Position numbers and translations under genes: made by a program | Source: Chloroflexota bacterium | GTDB lineage: Bacteria > Chloroflexota > Dehalococcoidia > Lucifugimonadales > UBA3495 | NCBI GenBank assembly: GCA_009840135.1 | Contig: VXOH01000101.1 | Span: 8,106-72,105 of the forward strand | Reading direction: 5' to 3' | DNA: 64,000 nt | The notes under the pieces: generated by a model | Told to the model about the DNA's origin: nothing | The model's input: only the letters and a program-made list of their open reading frames with translations | The model's database searches: none | Part shown: one piece after another, positions 45,416 to 54,732 of the stretch | Layout of the letters: the number at the start of each line of letters is the position of its first letter | Numbering within the stretch: position 1 is the stretch's first letter

Positions 45416-46768
45416 TTAGTTGTCCGCGGCGGCGGGACTTTCAATCGGCTCCGAATAGGCCGAAGCTACGGGCAATTCATCCACTATATCCGGGGCCGAG
45501 AGTTCAACATCGGCTCCCACCACCAGTTCGGCAAACCGCCGGCCCTGGGGAACTACCCTTCGATCAAACGAGCTGACGGAACTGTTGTAGGTGGAAACGG
45601 CGCTCTCCAGCTGCTTCCCCACCCTGGCGTAGTGGTTCATGAATGTGGTGAGGCGCTTGAACATCTCCTCGCCAATGTTCTTGATCCGCGCGGCCTCTTC
45701 GGCAACTCGAAACTGCTGCCAGCCATTGTTGACCGCCCAGAGCATGGCAATCAGTGAAGCAGGGGTGGCAATCGCGACCCGCTTGCCCATGGCGTATTCA
45801 ACCAACCCGGGATTTGAGCCAAGGGCAGCCGAAAGGAACTGGTCCCCGGGCACGAACATCACGACGAAATCCAGTGAACCTTCGACCAAATTACCGTAAT
45901 TCTTACCGGCCAGGTCGTCGATCTGCCGGCGCATGGCCTGGGCGTGCCTCAGCCAGGCAGCCTCGGCCACGTCTTCATCCTCCGCCTGCTGGGCTTCCAT
46001 GAACGCCAGGGTGGACGCTTTGGCGTCAATGACGATGGCGCGCTTTTCCGGCAGATTCACCACCAGGTCGGGACGCGCCTGCTGAGCGGCCCCGACGGAA
46101 CCCTGCTCGTCAAAATCGCAGTAGGAGGACATTCCGGCCGCTTCAACCACTTTCCGCAACTGTACCTCGCCCCAATGACCGGCCTGGCGGTTGTCGGTCA
46201 AAGCCGAAGTCAGCCGGTTGGCCTCCGTCGAAACCCGGTTGCTTTGTTCAATCAGGAGTTCAATCTGGGGATTGAGCTTGCCGTAATTCTCGGACAGGGG
46301 TTTCACCAACTCCTGGAACTGGGTATGCCTTTGCTCCAGTTCGGTTTTAGCCTGCGCCATGGTCTTGCCCAGGCTCTGTTCCGACAACTCCATAAACTGC
46401 CGGTTGCTGGCCTGCAGCACATCGGTTGCGGTCGCCTTGAATTGCTCCCCCAGTTGTGTTTTGGCCGACTCCAGAATTTCCTGGGCGGACTTGGTCTGCT
46501 CCAACTGACCGTTGAGCCGCGATATCTCCTCCTGTTTGGCTCCCAGTTCCTGCTCGTGCCGCAACCTGGATTCGGCCCATTCCGCGTTTCGCTCGGCCAG
46601 GGCCTGCTCATGCTTCAACTGAAGGTTGGCCAATTCAGCCTGCCGCTCGGACTCGCTGTAGGTTCCGGAATTATCAGCTCGACTACCCCGGATCAACCAA
46701 CCAAGAATTGCCCCCAACCCGAGCCCTGCCGCGAGAAAAACCAGCCCCACCCAGATTTCCATTGCCAA
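45416..46768 (-). CDS. rmuC: DNA recombination protein RmuC
   Basis: N-terminal TM helix, long coiled-coil, and a C-terminal nuclease-like region (LPEKRAIVIDAKAS ... DFVVMFVPGDQFLSAAL). Confidence 0.85.
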   Translation of the reverse strand: MAMEIWVGLVFLAAGLGLGAILGWLIRGSRADNSGTYSESERQAELANLQLKHEQALAERNAEWAESRLRHEQELGAKQEEISRLNGQLEQTKSAQEILESAKTQLGEQFKATATDVLQASNRQFMELSEQSLGKTMAQAKTELEQRHTQFQELVKPLSENYGKLNPQIELLIEQSNRVSTEANRLTSALTDNRQAGHWGEVQLRKVVEAAGMSSYCDFDEQGSVGAAQQARPDLVVNLPEKRAIVIDAKASTLAFMEAQQAEDEDVAEAAWLRHAQAMRRQIDDLAGKNYGNLVEGSLDFVVMFVPGDQFLSAALGSNPGLVEYAMGKRVAIATPASLIAMLWAVNNGWQQFRVAEEAARIKNIGEEMFKRLTTFMNHYARVGKQLESAVSTYNSSVSSFDRRVVPQGRRFAELVVGADVELSAPDIVDELPVASAYSEPIESPAAADN

Positions 46769-46780
46769 TACCCCGTCTCG

Positions 46781-47281
46781 TTAAGATTGCTCCAATTCTA
46801 GCACCCTGGCACAGAGCCCCTTAACCGAGGCCAGAGTCTCCGAGCCGCCCGCGCCGCCGTCGGCGATGACGGCCTCGGTCCTTTTCAATGCTTCCGGCCA
46901 GTCGGGCACGCCGCTGGAATCATTTACAAGATCCTTTCCCGTGGAGGAGCCGGAAGGCAAGCCAACTACCTCCGGTTGGAGCGATTCGCCGGCAAACAAT
47001 ATCAATGTGGGCCCACCATCCTCTGGTACGCCAAAATGGGACCGCAATTGCCGCACCGTGCCGGATACTCCGTGCTGTCCGAAGATTACCAGGTGGGCAA
47101 AGCCCAGTTTGCGTTCCTCGAAGCTGGTGCGAAAGGCTCGAAAAATGTTGTGGGCCCCGGTGTCCTCGCCGGATACCAGGAAGATGGCATAAACCGGGGG
47201 AGCCTCGGGCCCGGTGGATTCCAGGTCACTCCACCACCGGTTGAGTTTGTCGAGGTCGTGAGCATCAGCGCGACTTGGCAT
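46781..47281 (-). CDS. hypothetical protein (directly upstream of rmuC, 12-nt gap)
   Basis: 166 aa with no recognised motif. Confidence 0.55.
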   Translation of the reverse strand: MPSRADAHDLDKLNRWWSDLESTGPEAPPVYAIFLVSGEDTGAHNIFRAFRTSFEERKLGFAHLVIFGQHGVSGTVRQLRSHFGVPEDGGPTLILFAGESLQPEVVGLPSGSSTGKDLVNDSSGVPDWPEALKRTEAVIADGGAGGSETLASVKGLCARVLELEQS

Positions 47282-47396
47282 TTTCTTTTCCCCATTCTAA
47301 ACCTGGATTGGCAGGATAAACGGGATACGGTGAGCATGAAAGCCTGGAATCCTGTTCTTCCTGTTTTTCCCTCTTTGAATTACTGCTTGAGGCGAT

Positions 47397-48206
47397 TCAG
47401 GCTAAGAAATCCGCCACCATCCAGACTCCCCAGGCCAGCAGGCCTATGCCTGCGGCGCGACCCACCCATTCCCCGGCGGGCGCCACCTTTTCCACCAGCA
47501 CAAAGGCGGCCAGGGCGGCAATCCACAGCAGGTTCATTACGCCCAGCAGGAACAGCAGGCCCATCAGCGCCCAGCAGCAGCCCAGGCAGTAACCACCATG
47601 GTGCAGTCCCATCAGCAACGCTCCCCGGCGGCCCTCCCGCCAGTCGTTGGTGATGAACCCCATGGGTGTTCGACAATGTCTCAAGCATACATTCTTGAGG
47701 GGGCTTAGCTGGAACGCTCCCGCGGCCAGCAGCACTATTGCGCCAAATATGGGGCTGGCGCTGACCATCATCGGAGAAAGCAGGAAGTTCAGGCTGAGGC
47801 TTAGCTGGGCCGCCGTTGCTGCGGCGGAGAAGCAAACCCAGACCAACAGATAGCCGGCCAGGAACACGGCCGTAGGAACATAGGGGTTGCCCTGCTGCCG
47901 GCGTCGCCGGTTGATGTTGGCGAAGGCCAGGATCATGGGGGCTGCCGAGGGGACCATCATCCCCACCATCATCACCGCCCACATCAGGAACATGAGAGCG
48001 ATTTGCACCGGGCCGTAGCCTATACCTATGTTGCCGCCGGACATTACCATGGTGGACATATCCTCCATGTCCGCCATATCGCGGGCCAAATAGGCCAGAT
48101 AGGCCCACGCCAGCAGGGTAATAACCGCCAACACCCCAATGACGATATACCTGTCCCGGCGCAGGGCAGCTTCCAGCAACGTTGATTGTCGCGGCATTGC
48201 TTGCAT
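47397..48206 (-). CDS. DUF2182 integral membrane protein (predicted metal-binding)
   Basis: Met-rich membrane protein: FLMWAVMMVGMMVPSAAPMIL ... CLRHCRTPMGF ... HHGGYCLGCCWALM. Confidence 0.75.
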   Translation of the reverse strand: MQAMPRQSTLLEAALRRDRYIVIGVLAVITLLAWAYLAYLARDMADMEDMSTMVMSGGNIGIGYGPVQIALMFLMWAVMMVGMMVPSAAPMILAFANINRRRRQQGNPYVPTAVFLAGYLLVWVCFSAAATAAQLSLSLNFLLSPMMVSASPIFGAIVLLAAGAFQLSPLKNVCLRHCRTPMGFITNDWREGRRGALLMGLHHGGYCLGCCWALMGLLFLLGVMNLLWIAALAAFVLVEKVAPAGEWVGRAAGIGLLAWGVWMVADFLA

Positions 48207-48323
48207 GGTGGTATTTTGGCACAGGGAAGGATATTAGGCCATTACCACCCGGCAAATTGCTGAATCAGGGGATGATGTGAAGACCCGTTCAAGTTCTACA
48301 TATAGAGGAGCATGATATTCGAC

Positions 48324-48352
48324 TTGACCATATATTTGCCCTTACGATAATA
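48324..48352 (+). promoter_or_regulatory. near-consensus promoter (TTGACC-16/17-GATAAT/ATAATA) giving a very short leader
   Basis: -35 at 48324-48329, -10 at 48346-48352. ATG 48366 is only about 14 nt after the -10, with no SD. Confidence 0.5.
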
Positions 48353-48365
48353 TGTCCCTGCAATT

Positions 48366-49787
48366 ATGAACGACACTTCAACCGACCCCGGGGCTTCCAC
48401 CGGCACCACCACGAGTTCTACGGAAGGGGCTCCCACAACCCAGCGGCGGCAGGGCCGCTTTTTTTATGGCTGGTACGTTGTTGCCGTTTCCTGCATGCAG
48501 GGGATGTTCGGCAACGGCGCCATCTCCACAGGTTTTCCCAGGTTTTTCGAACCCATACGCATGGACATGGGCATTTCCTATGCCCAGATGTCCCTGGTCT
48601 TCAGCCTGGCGCGGGCCGAGGGAGGGCTGGGCGCCCCCCTGGTAGGGTGGCTGGTGGACAAGTTCGGCTCCCGTCCGATGATCCTGTTCGGCGGCCTCAC
48701 CGCCGGCATTGGGTTGATGCTTCTTTCCTTTGCCCGGGAATATTGGCAGTTGGTATTCCTGTTCGTTGGGGTCGTATCGGTAGGGAAAACCGCCGGCCTG
48801 GGCCAGACGCTGATGGCTACGGTCAACCAGTGGTTCGTGAGGCGCAAGGCGGTGGCCCTGTCCACCCTGATGACCGCCTTCGCCGGCGGCGGGGCGTTGG
48901 TAGTCCCCATGCTGCACATGGGAATAGTTTTCCTGGACTGGCGACCCACCGTATTCCTTATTGGCCTGTTTATTGCGCTGATCACCCTGCCCGTGGCCTG
49001 GGTAATTCGCAGCCGCCCCGAGGATATGGGGCTGCGGCCCGACGGCGACCCACCCGATGGAGCCGCCCCGGCAACCCGGCAGGGCAGGGGCGGAGGGCAT
49101 CACCACGGCGGCGGGTCTTCATCTTCAGTTGTGGAGCAGAATTTCACGGTGCGGCAGGCCCTGCGCACCAGGACCTTCTGGTTCATCCTGCTGGGCGTAA
49201 TTACCCGAGTTTCCGCCACTAACTCCATCATCATCCACCTGTTTCCCCTGCTGGTATGGAAGGGAATGACAGAGGACGTCGCCACCCTGGCCGCGTCGGT
49301 AATGTTCTTTATGGCCATCCCGCTGCGATTTCTGCTGGGGGTAGCCGGAGGCAGGCTATCGCCGCGAAAGCTGCTCTTTTACGGCATGAATATAGGAGCC
49401 ATCGGGTTGGTAGGGCTGTGGCTACTACCGCAGTGGCCGGCGTTGATCGTGTTCATCCTGGGGCTGGCCATCGTTGAAGGCATCACGTCGGTAAACTGGA
49501 TCATGGTGGGAGACTACTTTGGCAGGAACCGTTTTGCCAGCCTGATGGGAGCGATGAGCATTTTCCACAACATCGGCATGTTCATTGCGCCAATTTATGC
49601 GGGATGGATCCGTGACAGCACGGGCAGCTACGATATAGTTCTGGCTACCTTTGCTCCCACCTTCGTGATCAGCGCGGTGATGTTTGCAATTGCCCGGCGG
49701 CCCACTCTGCCGGAGACGGTAGTGGAGGCCGGGGGGCCGGGTTCAGATGCCGATGAAACGATCCCGCAGGAAAGCCGCGGCGGCTGA
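48366..49787 (+). CDS. MFS transporter (OFA-like), paralog of 34904..36364
   Basis: RFFYGWYVVAVSC at the N-terminus. The central loop RPEDMGLRPDGDPPDG...GGGHHHGGGSSSS aligns at its edges with the other MFS. Confidence 0.8.
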   Translation: MNDTSTDPGASTGTTTSSTEGAPTTQRRQGRFFYGWYVVAVSCMQGMFGNGAISTGFPRFFEPIRMDMGISYAQMSLVFSLARAEGGLGAPLVGWLVDKFGSRPMILFGGLTAGIGLMLLSFAREYWQLVFLFVGVVSVGKTAGLGQTLMATVNQWFVRRKAVALSTLMTAFAGGGALVVPMLHMGIVFLDWRPTVFLIGLFIALITLPVAWVIRSRPEDMGLRPDGDPPDGAAPATRQGRGGGHHHGGGSSSSVVEQNFTVRQALRTRTFWFILLGVITRVSATNSIIIHLFPLLVWKGMTEDVATLAASVMFFMAIPLRFLLGVAGGRLSPRKLLFYGMNIGAIGLVGLWLLPQWPALIVFILGLAIVEGITSVNWIMVGDYFGRNRFASLMGAMSIFHNIGMFIAPIYAGWIRDSTGSYDIVLATFAPTFVISAVMFAIARRPTLPETVVEAGGPGSDADETIPQESRGG

Positions 49788-49950
49788 GGCGACTCTCCCC
49801 CACAGGAGGGTTATGGTTGCTTTCCCAGGGTTCCGGTTCCTTTAAATCCGGAAATTTTGAAGGGCAGCCGTGGTGGCTGCCCCTGCTGTTTCCAACCCTG
49901 ATGTGCGGGAACTTACGACCCAGTGGGTCGCTGCCCCGGGTATCCTGCTT

Positions 49951-50751
49951 CTACCCCTCGCCGGCTTCAAATTCGGCAATCACCGGATTGCTGAGAATGC
50001 CGATGCCCGGTATGTCAACTTCAACCGTGTCTCCCGGCGCAATGGCGCGGGTAACTCCGGTGGCCCCCGAAAAGACCAGGTCTCCCGGCCTGAGCGTGAC
50101 CTGCTGGCTGATGTAGCTGACAATCTCGGCGAAACCGAAGAGCATGTCCGAGGTGTTGCACCGCTGAACCTCTTCGCCATTGATACGCACCAGCAGGTCC
50201 AACTGCTGAGGATCAAGCTCGGTTTCAATCCAGGGACCCACAGGAGCGAAAGTATCGGCGCCCTTCGCCCTCCAGAAGGTCCAGTCGTCCTTCTGCCAGG
50301 CCCTTTCGCTGACGTCATTGCCGCAGGTGTAGCCAAGGATGTACTGGGCCGCCCGTTCCGCCGGGATGCGGCGGCAGACTTTGCCAATTACCGCCACGGC
50401 TTCCCCTTCGTAGTGGACTTCGCCGGCCACGTCTTTAGGAATGATAATCGGGTCCAGCGTGCCGGTAAGCGCGTTTCGACCCTTGCGCCAGGGTTGTGGC
50501 CTTTCGGGCACGGGCATCGCTTCCTGCCCGAAAACCGATCCTGCATATTCCAGGTGGTCAACAAAATTCAGGCCCGGCCCCCAGAGTTCGGCCGGGTCTG
50601 TTGGCGGCAGCAGTCTTACGTCGGAGAGCAGGTGACGGTTGTCCGTGATTCGAAAACTGGTGTAAATGCTCCCCCGAATCTCAGCGATTTCCTCTCCAAA
50701 TATTACCCCATGAGCGGTGCGGTTACCCGCACGGAACCTTGCTATCTTCAT
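49951..50751 (-). CDS. fumarylacetoacetate hydrolase (FAH) family protein
   Basis: HYEGEAVAVIGK ... GYTCGNDVSERAWQ ... AKGADTFAPVGPWI ... LRPGDLVFSGATG. Confidence 0.85.
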   Translation of the reverse strand: MKIARFRAGNRTAHGVIFGEEIAEIRGSIYTSFRITDNRHLLSDVRLLPPTDPAELWGPGLNFVDHLEYAGSVFGQEAMPVPERPQPWRKGRNALTGTLDPIIIPKDVAGEVHYEGEAVAVIGKVCRRIPAERAAQYILGYTCGNDVSERAWQKDDWTFWRAKGADTFAPVGPWIETELDPQQLDLLVRINGEEVQRCNTSDMLFGFAEIVSYISQQVTLRPGDLVFSGATGVTRAIAPGDTVEVDIPGIGILSNPVIAEFEAGEG

Positions 50752-50876
50752 CCCAACCCCCTAAACCCATTTCAGATAACTTTAGCGCAACATTCCGGGT
50801 TTCCACAACACCCGGAATCTATCGGGGCGTTTAGTATCTGCGAGAGAAAACTGTTGCCGTGGTACAGAATCGCTTA

Positions 50877-50905
50877 TTGTTAGAGCCGGCTCGGAATTAT
50901 AGAAT
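50877..50905 (+). promoter_or_regulatory. near-consensus promoter (TTGTTA-17-TAGAAT)
   Basis: -35 at 50877-50882, 17-nt spacer, -10 at 50900-50905. It lies upstream of LLM gene 50962. Confidence 0.55.
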
Positions 50906-50961
50906 AGACGATACGCCGAAAGGCATGTATTTCGTAAATCAGAAATGGAAAGAGTAGAGAA

Positions 50962-51969
50962 ATGAAACTGGGATTCTTCGTGACTAACCAATACCTGCCG
51001 GGAGAGTCATTTCCACAGAAAATCCAGGAGAGCGCGGCACAGGTCAGGGCGGCAAGGGAAGCGGGGTTTGACCTTATCTGCACCGGGCAGCATTACCTAG
51101 CATCACCCTACCAGATGAGCGCCAGCCTCCCGCTCCTGGCCCGATTGGCAGCCGAAGCCGGAGATATGGAAGTAGCAGCCACGGTCATTCTGGTGCCCCT
51201 GCACAACCCGGTGGAACTTGCCGAAAGTGTCGCCACCATGGATGCCATTTGTGGAGGACGGTTCGTCTTTGGCGTGGGCCTGGGTTACCGGGACGAGGAA
51301 TATACCTCCTTTGGAGTCCAGCGGGAGGAAAGGGTAGCCCGTTTGCGGGAGGCTCTGGAGGTAATGAAACTGCTCTGGACCCAGGAAGAGGTGGAGTTTG
51401 ACGGGCAATTCTATACGGTTCCACGGGTTGCGCCGTCAACCAAGCCGGTGCAGAAGCCGTACCCGCCCATCTGGGTGGCCGCCAACAATGACGTGGCCAT
51501 CCGCCGGGCCGCCCGCTGGGGATACCCCTGGCTGGTGAACCCGCATGCCACCGTGGAGATGGTCGCCGAGCAGTGGCAGGGCTACCTGGCAGCCCTGGAA
51601 CGAGCCGGCCAGCCCATGCCTGAGTCGCTACCTATGATGAGGGAACTGTACGTTGCCAAGGACCGGGAAACCGCCTACGTGGAAAGTGAACCCTGGCTGG
51701 CCCCCAAGTATGCCGCCTACGCAGCCTGGGGACAGGACAAGGCGCTCCCAGGGGAGGAAAGCTTCTCGGTGCCCTACCAGGAGCTGGACCGGGACCGGTT
51801 CCTGCTGGGTTCGCCGGAGGACGTAGCGTCGGAAATTCAGCGCTACGAGCAGGAACTGGGGGTGAATTACCTGATTTTCAGGATGCAGTGGCCGGGCATG
51901 TCTCAGGAGGCCACATTACGGCAGATTGAGCTAATGGGCAAGGAAGTAGTTCCCAGGGTTAAGGGGTAA
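50962..51969 (+). CDS. LLM-class flavin-dependent oxidoreductase
   Basis: MKLGFFVTNQY ... AGFDLICTGQHY ... VATVILVPLHNPVELAESVATMDAICGGRFVFGVGLGYR. Confidence 0.85.
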   Translation: MKLGFFVTNQYLPGESFPQKIQESAAQVRAAREAGFDLICTGQHYLASPYQMSASLPLLARLAAEAGDMEVAATVILVPLHNPVELAESVATMDAICGGRFVFGVGLGYRDEEYTSFGVQREERVARLREALEVMKLLWTQEEVEFDGQFYTVPRVAPSTKPVQKPYPPIWVAANNDVAIRRAARWGYPWLVNPHATVEMVAEQWQGYLAALERAGQPMPESLPMMRELYVAKDRETAYVESEPWLAPKYAAYAAWGQDKALPGEESFSVPYQELDRDRFLLGSPEDVASEIQRYEQELGVNYLIFRMQWPGMSQEATLRQIELMGKEVVPRVKG

Positions 51970-52061
51970 GACAATCGAGATTTCAATGAGGCCGGAGTTC
52001 TCAAACAGTGAAGGTTAAGAGAGTAGTTCCGGCCTTGCTTCCAACATTCCTCGGGCCCTTG

Positions 52062-53996
52062 TCAGGAGTATGGAGCCCCAACAGCTTCCGGAAAAATTAT
52101 CTCCCCGTCGCTCATTACAACTCCATCCTCGCAGTAGCACTCCACCAGGCCGCTGTCAAACTGCTCTTCGTACAGCCGGGCGTACAGACCCGCCCTGGCC
52201 AGCAGTTCATGGTGAGTGCCCCGTTCCACCACCCTACCGTGGTCAATGGCGTAGATGACGTCCGCCGCCATTATGGTGGACAGGCGGTGCGCTATTGCCA
52301 CGGTGGTGCGACCCCGCATCAACGGCTCCAATGCCGATTGCACGTACCTTTCGCTGGCTGTGTCCAGGGCTGAGGTGGCCTCGTCGAGGATGAGGATACG
52401 AGGCTGATGCAGAATGACGCGGGCGATGGCCAGCCTCTGCCGCTCTCCGCCGGACAGGCGGTAGCCCCTTTCACCAACCACTGTGTCGTAGCCCTCGGGA
52501 AACTCCATGATTCTTTCGTGAATGTAGGCTGCTCGGGTAGCCTCTTCCAGTTCCCGGTCTGTGGCCCGAGGGTTTCCGTACAGCAGGTTTTCCCGGATGC
52601 TGGCGTGGAACAGGTAACTTTCCTGGGTAACGTAGCCGATAATGCCGGCCAGCGATGCCTGCCGTATCTTGCGAACGTCTATTTCGTCAATAAGTATGGC
52701 GCCCTCGGTGGCGTCGTAGAGCCTGGGAATCAGGTAGGAAATGGTGGTCTTGCCGGCCCCGCTGGGCCCCACAAAGGCCGCCAACTGCCCCGGCTCAATC
52801 TCGAAGCTCACTCCGTCCAGCGCCCACTGGGATAGCTCCCCGGTACTCGCCCCCAAGCCGTCATCCACCAGACTACGTCCGGCCTCCTGGTGGACCGAAT
52901 AATTTACCCGTACCGAGTCAAACCTGACAGCGCCCGCTACCTTTTCCGGCGCCAGGTCAATTGCGTCAGGCTCATCAGTAATCTCGGGCCTAACGTCCAG
53001 GTAGCCGAATATGCGCTCAAACAGCGCCAGCGATGCCTGAAGCTCCACCGACACTTCCAGCAGCCGCCCAATGGGGAAATACAACCGGCTCTGCAGAGTG
53101 GTGAAGGCCACGATGGTTCCGGCTGAAACCCGGTCTGCCTCAGCCCCCAAAAGGAGGTAGCCGGCCAGCAGGTAAATGGCCACCGGAGAAACGGAGAAGA
53201 AGATTTGCATCAGGGTGAAAAAAGACTGTCCAGTCATCTGCTGCCGGACAATCAGGTCGGAAAGTCGCTGGTTTTCTTCGTGGAACCGGTCAATCTCGCG
53301 CCGCTGCCTGCCGAACAACTTGGACAGCATAATTCCGGATATGGAGAGGGTTTCCTGGGTAATGGCAGTCATTTCCGCGGTGGACCGCTGGGCTTCAGCG
53401 GCAACAGCCCGACGCCTGGCGCCCACCACGCGACTCAGGGCGAAGAAGACCGGAGCGGTAGCCACGGCGACGACGGTTAGTTCCCAGGACAGCACCAGCA
53501 TGGCGATGACGGTGCTGATAAGAATAACGGAGTTGGAGAGGACATCCGAGACCGTGTTGGTGACGACTCGCTGGACCCCGCCAACGTCGTTGGCCACCCT
53601 TGACTGGATCTCTCCGGTGCGGGTGTCGGTGAAAAACCCCAGGGACAGACTTTGGAGATGCCGGTAAAGGGTGTCCCGCAGATCCCTCATGACCCGCTGA
53701 CCCACCAGGTTGGTCAGATAGGTTTGAACGATACCCAAGCCGCCCGATACCACGGTAATTCCGGCCATGATCCCGGCCAGGATCCACAGCAGGCGCATGT
53801 CAGGGCCGCCGTCCACAGGAAAAAGGGCGTTGTCGAAGACAACCTGAATCAGGACCGGGTTGACCACCCCCAGTCCCGCAGTCACCAGGATGAGCAGCCC
53901 TACCAGGGTTATTCGTCCGGAGTAAGGGCGGAAAGCGGACACAACCCGGGACACAAGGGGCCCGGTCGGAGCGGTTAGCTTAATGGTCGTGGTCAT
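52062..53996 (-). CDS. ABC exporter, fused permease/ATPase (MsbA/MdlB-like)
   Basis: Six-TM N-terminal half, Walker A GPSGAGKTT, signature LSGGERQR, Walker B ILILDEATS. Confidence 0.9.
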   Translation of the reverse strand: MTTTIKLTAPTGPLVSRVVSAFRPYSGRITLVGLLILVTAGLGVVNPVLIQVVFDNALFPVDGGPDMRLLWILAGIMAGITVVSGGLGIVQTYLTNLVGQRVMRDLRDTLYRHLQSLSLGFFTDTRTGEIQSRVANDVGGVQRVVTNTVSDVLSNSVILISTVIAMLVLSWELTVVAVATAPVFFALSRVVGARRRAVAAEAQRSTAEMTAITQETLSISGIMLSKLFGRQRREIDRFHEENQRLSDLIVRQQMTGQSFFTLMQIFFSVSPVAIYLLAGYLLLGAEADRVSAGTIVAFTTLQSRLYFPIGRLLEVSVELQASLALFERIFGYLDVRPEITDEPDAIDLAPEKVAGAVRFDSVRVNYSVHQEAGRSLVDDGLGASTGELSQWALDGVSFEIEPGQLAAFVGPSGAGKTTISYLIPRLYDATEGAILIDEIDVRKIRQASLAGIIGYVTQESYLFHASIRENLLYGNPRATDRELEEATRAAYIHERIMEFPEGYDTVVGERGYRLSGGERQRLAIARVILHQPRILILDEATSALDTASERYVQSALEPLMRGRTTVAIAHRLSTIMAADVIYAIDHGRVVERGTHHELLARAGLYARLYEEQFDSGLVECYCEDGVVMSDGEIIFPEAVGAPYS

Positions 53997-54145
53997 AATA
54001 GTACTAATTTACTACAGTCGCAGAAATGAGGAAAGGCGTCACATATAAAGGCAACCCAAGGCCTAAATATAATGACATTTGATGGTAGCACATTAATGGT
54101 GAAATGGTGTAGGTTGGTTGAAAGCAACCAAACAGCGGTGTTAAT

Positions 54146-54577
54146 GTGGAAATCAGGCTGGAAGACAGCACCCTTGCCGACGAGCAGGTGTCAATTTGGG
54201 CGGTCCGGCGCAAGCTGTTTGCCACGTATTTTGTGACCTTCAGCCTGCTGTTTGTCCTGGTATCGGGAATAGCAGCCTGGTTGACTTACGCGCCGATAGC
54301 TGGCGTCAGAGATGCCTCGGAATTGACCATGACCGCCATGGGCCTGGCATCGGGCCGAATACTCTGGCTGGCCGCCTTCTCCATCATCTCAGTTGAGGTG
54401 GGCAATATGATAGTCGAATACCTTATAGTGGACAGGTTTAATAAGGGTAAAAGAGCTGGGGAGAAACAGAATCAGGCAAGATGGCAGGCCTGGTACGAGC
54501 GCATGCAAGTTGCCCAGCGCGAAGGCCGGCCCTTTGACGAGCCACCGCCGGGAGGCCAAGTTAAGGCAAGAAGATAG
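54146..54577 (+). CDS. small 2-TM membrane protein with a conserved C-terminal tail, paralog of 39475..39912
   Basis: GTG 54146. Two hydrophobic helices, a basic linker, then WQAWYERMQVAQREGRPFDEPPPG. Confidence 0.65.
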   Translation: MEIRLEDSTLADEQVSIWAVRRKLFATYFVTFSLLFVLVSGIAAWLTYAPIAGVRDASELTMTAMGLASGRILWLAAFSIISVEVGNMIVEYLIVDRFNKGKRAGEKQNQARWQAWYERMQVAQREGRPFDEPPPGGQVKARR

Positions 54578-54732
54578 GCAGCAACCCGGCTAAACAACGC
54601 TACCTACGAGCGGGCCGAGGGCCCTCTTTCCTCTTCGGACCGCACCACGCTTTCCTGTCAACAAACTCCTGTATGTTACACTATCCCGGTCCCTTCAAAT
54701 AAGAAGCAATTCAACCTCTGGAGTCCTCCACC

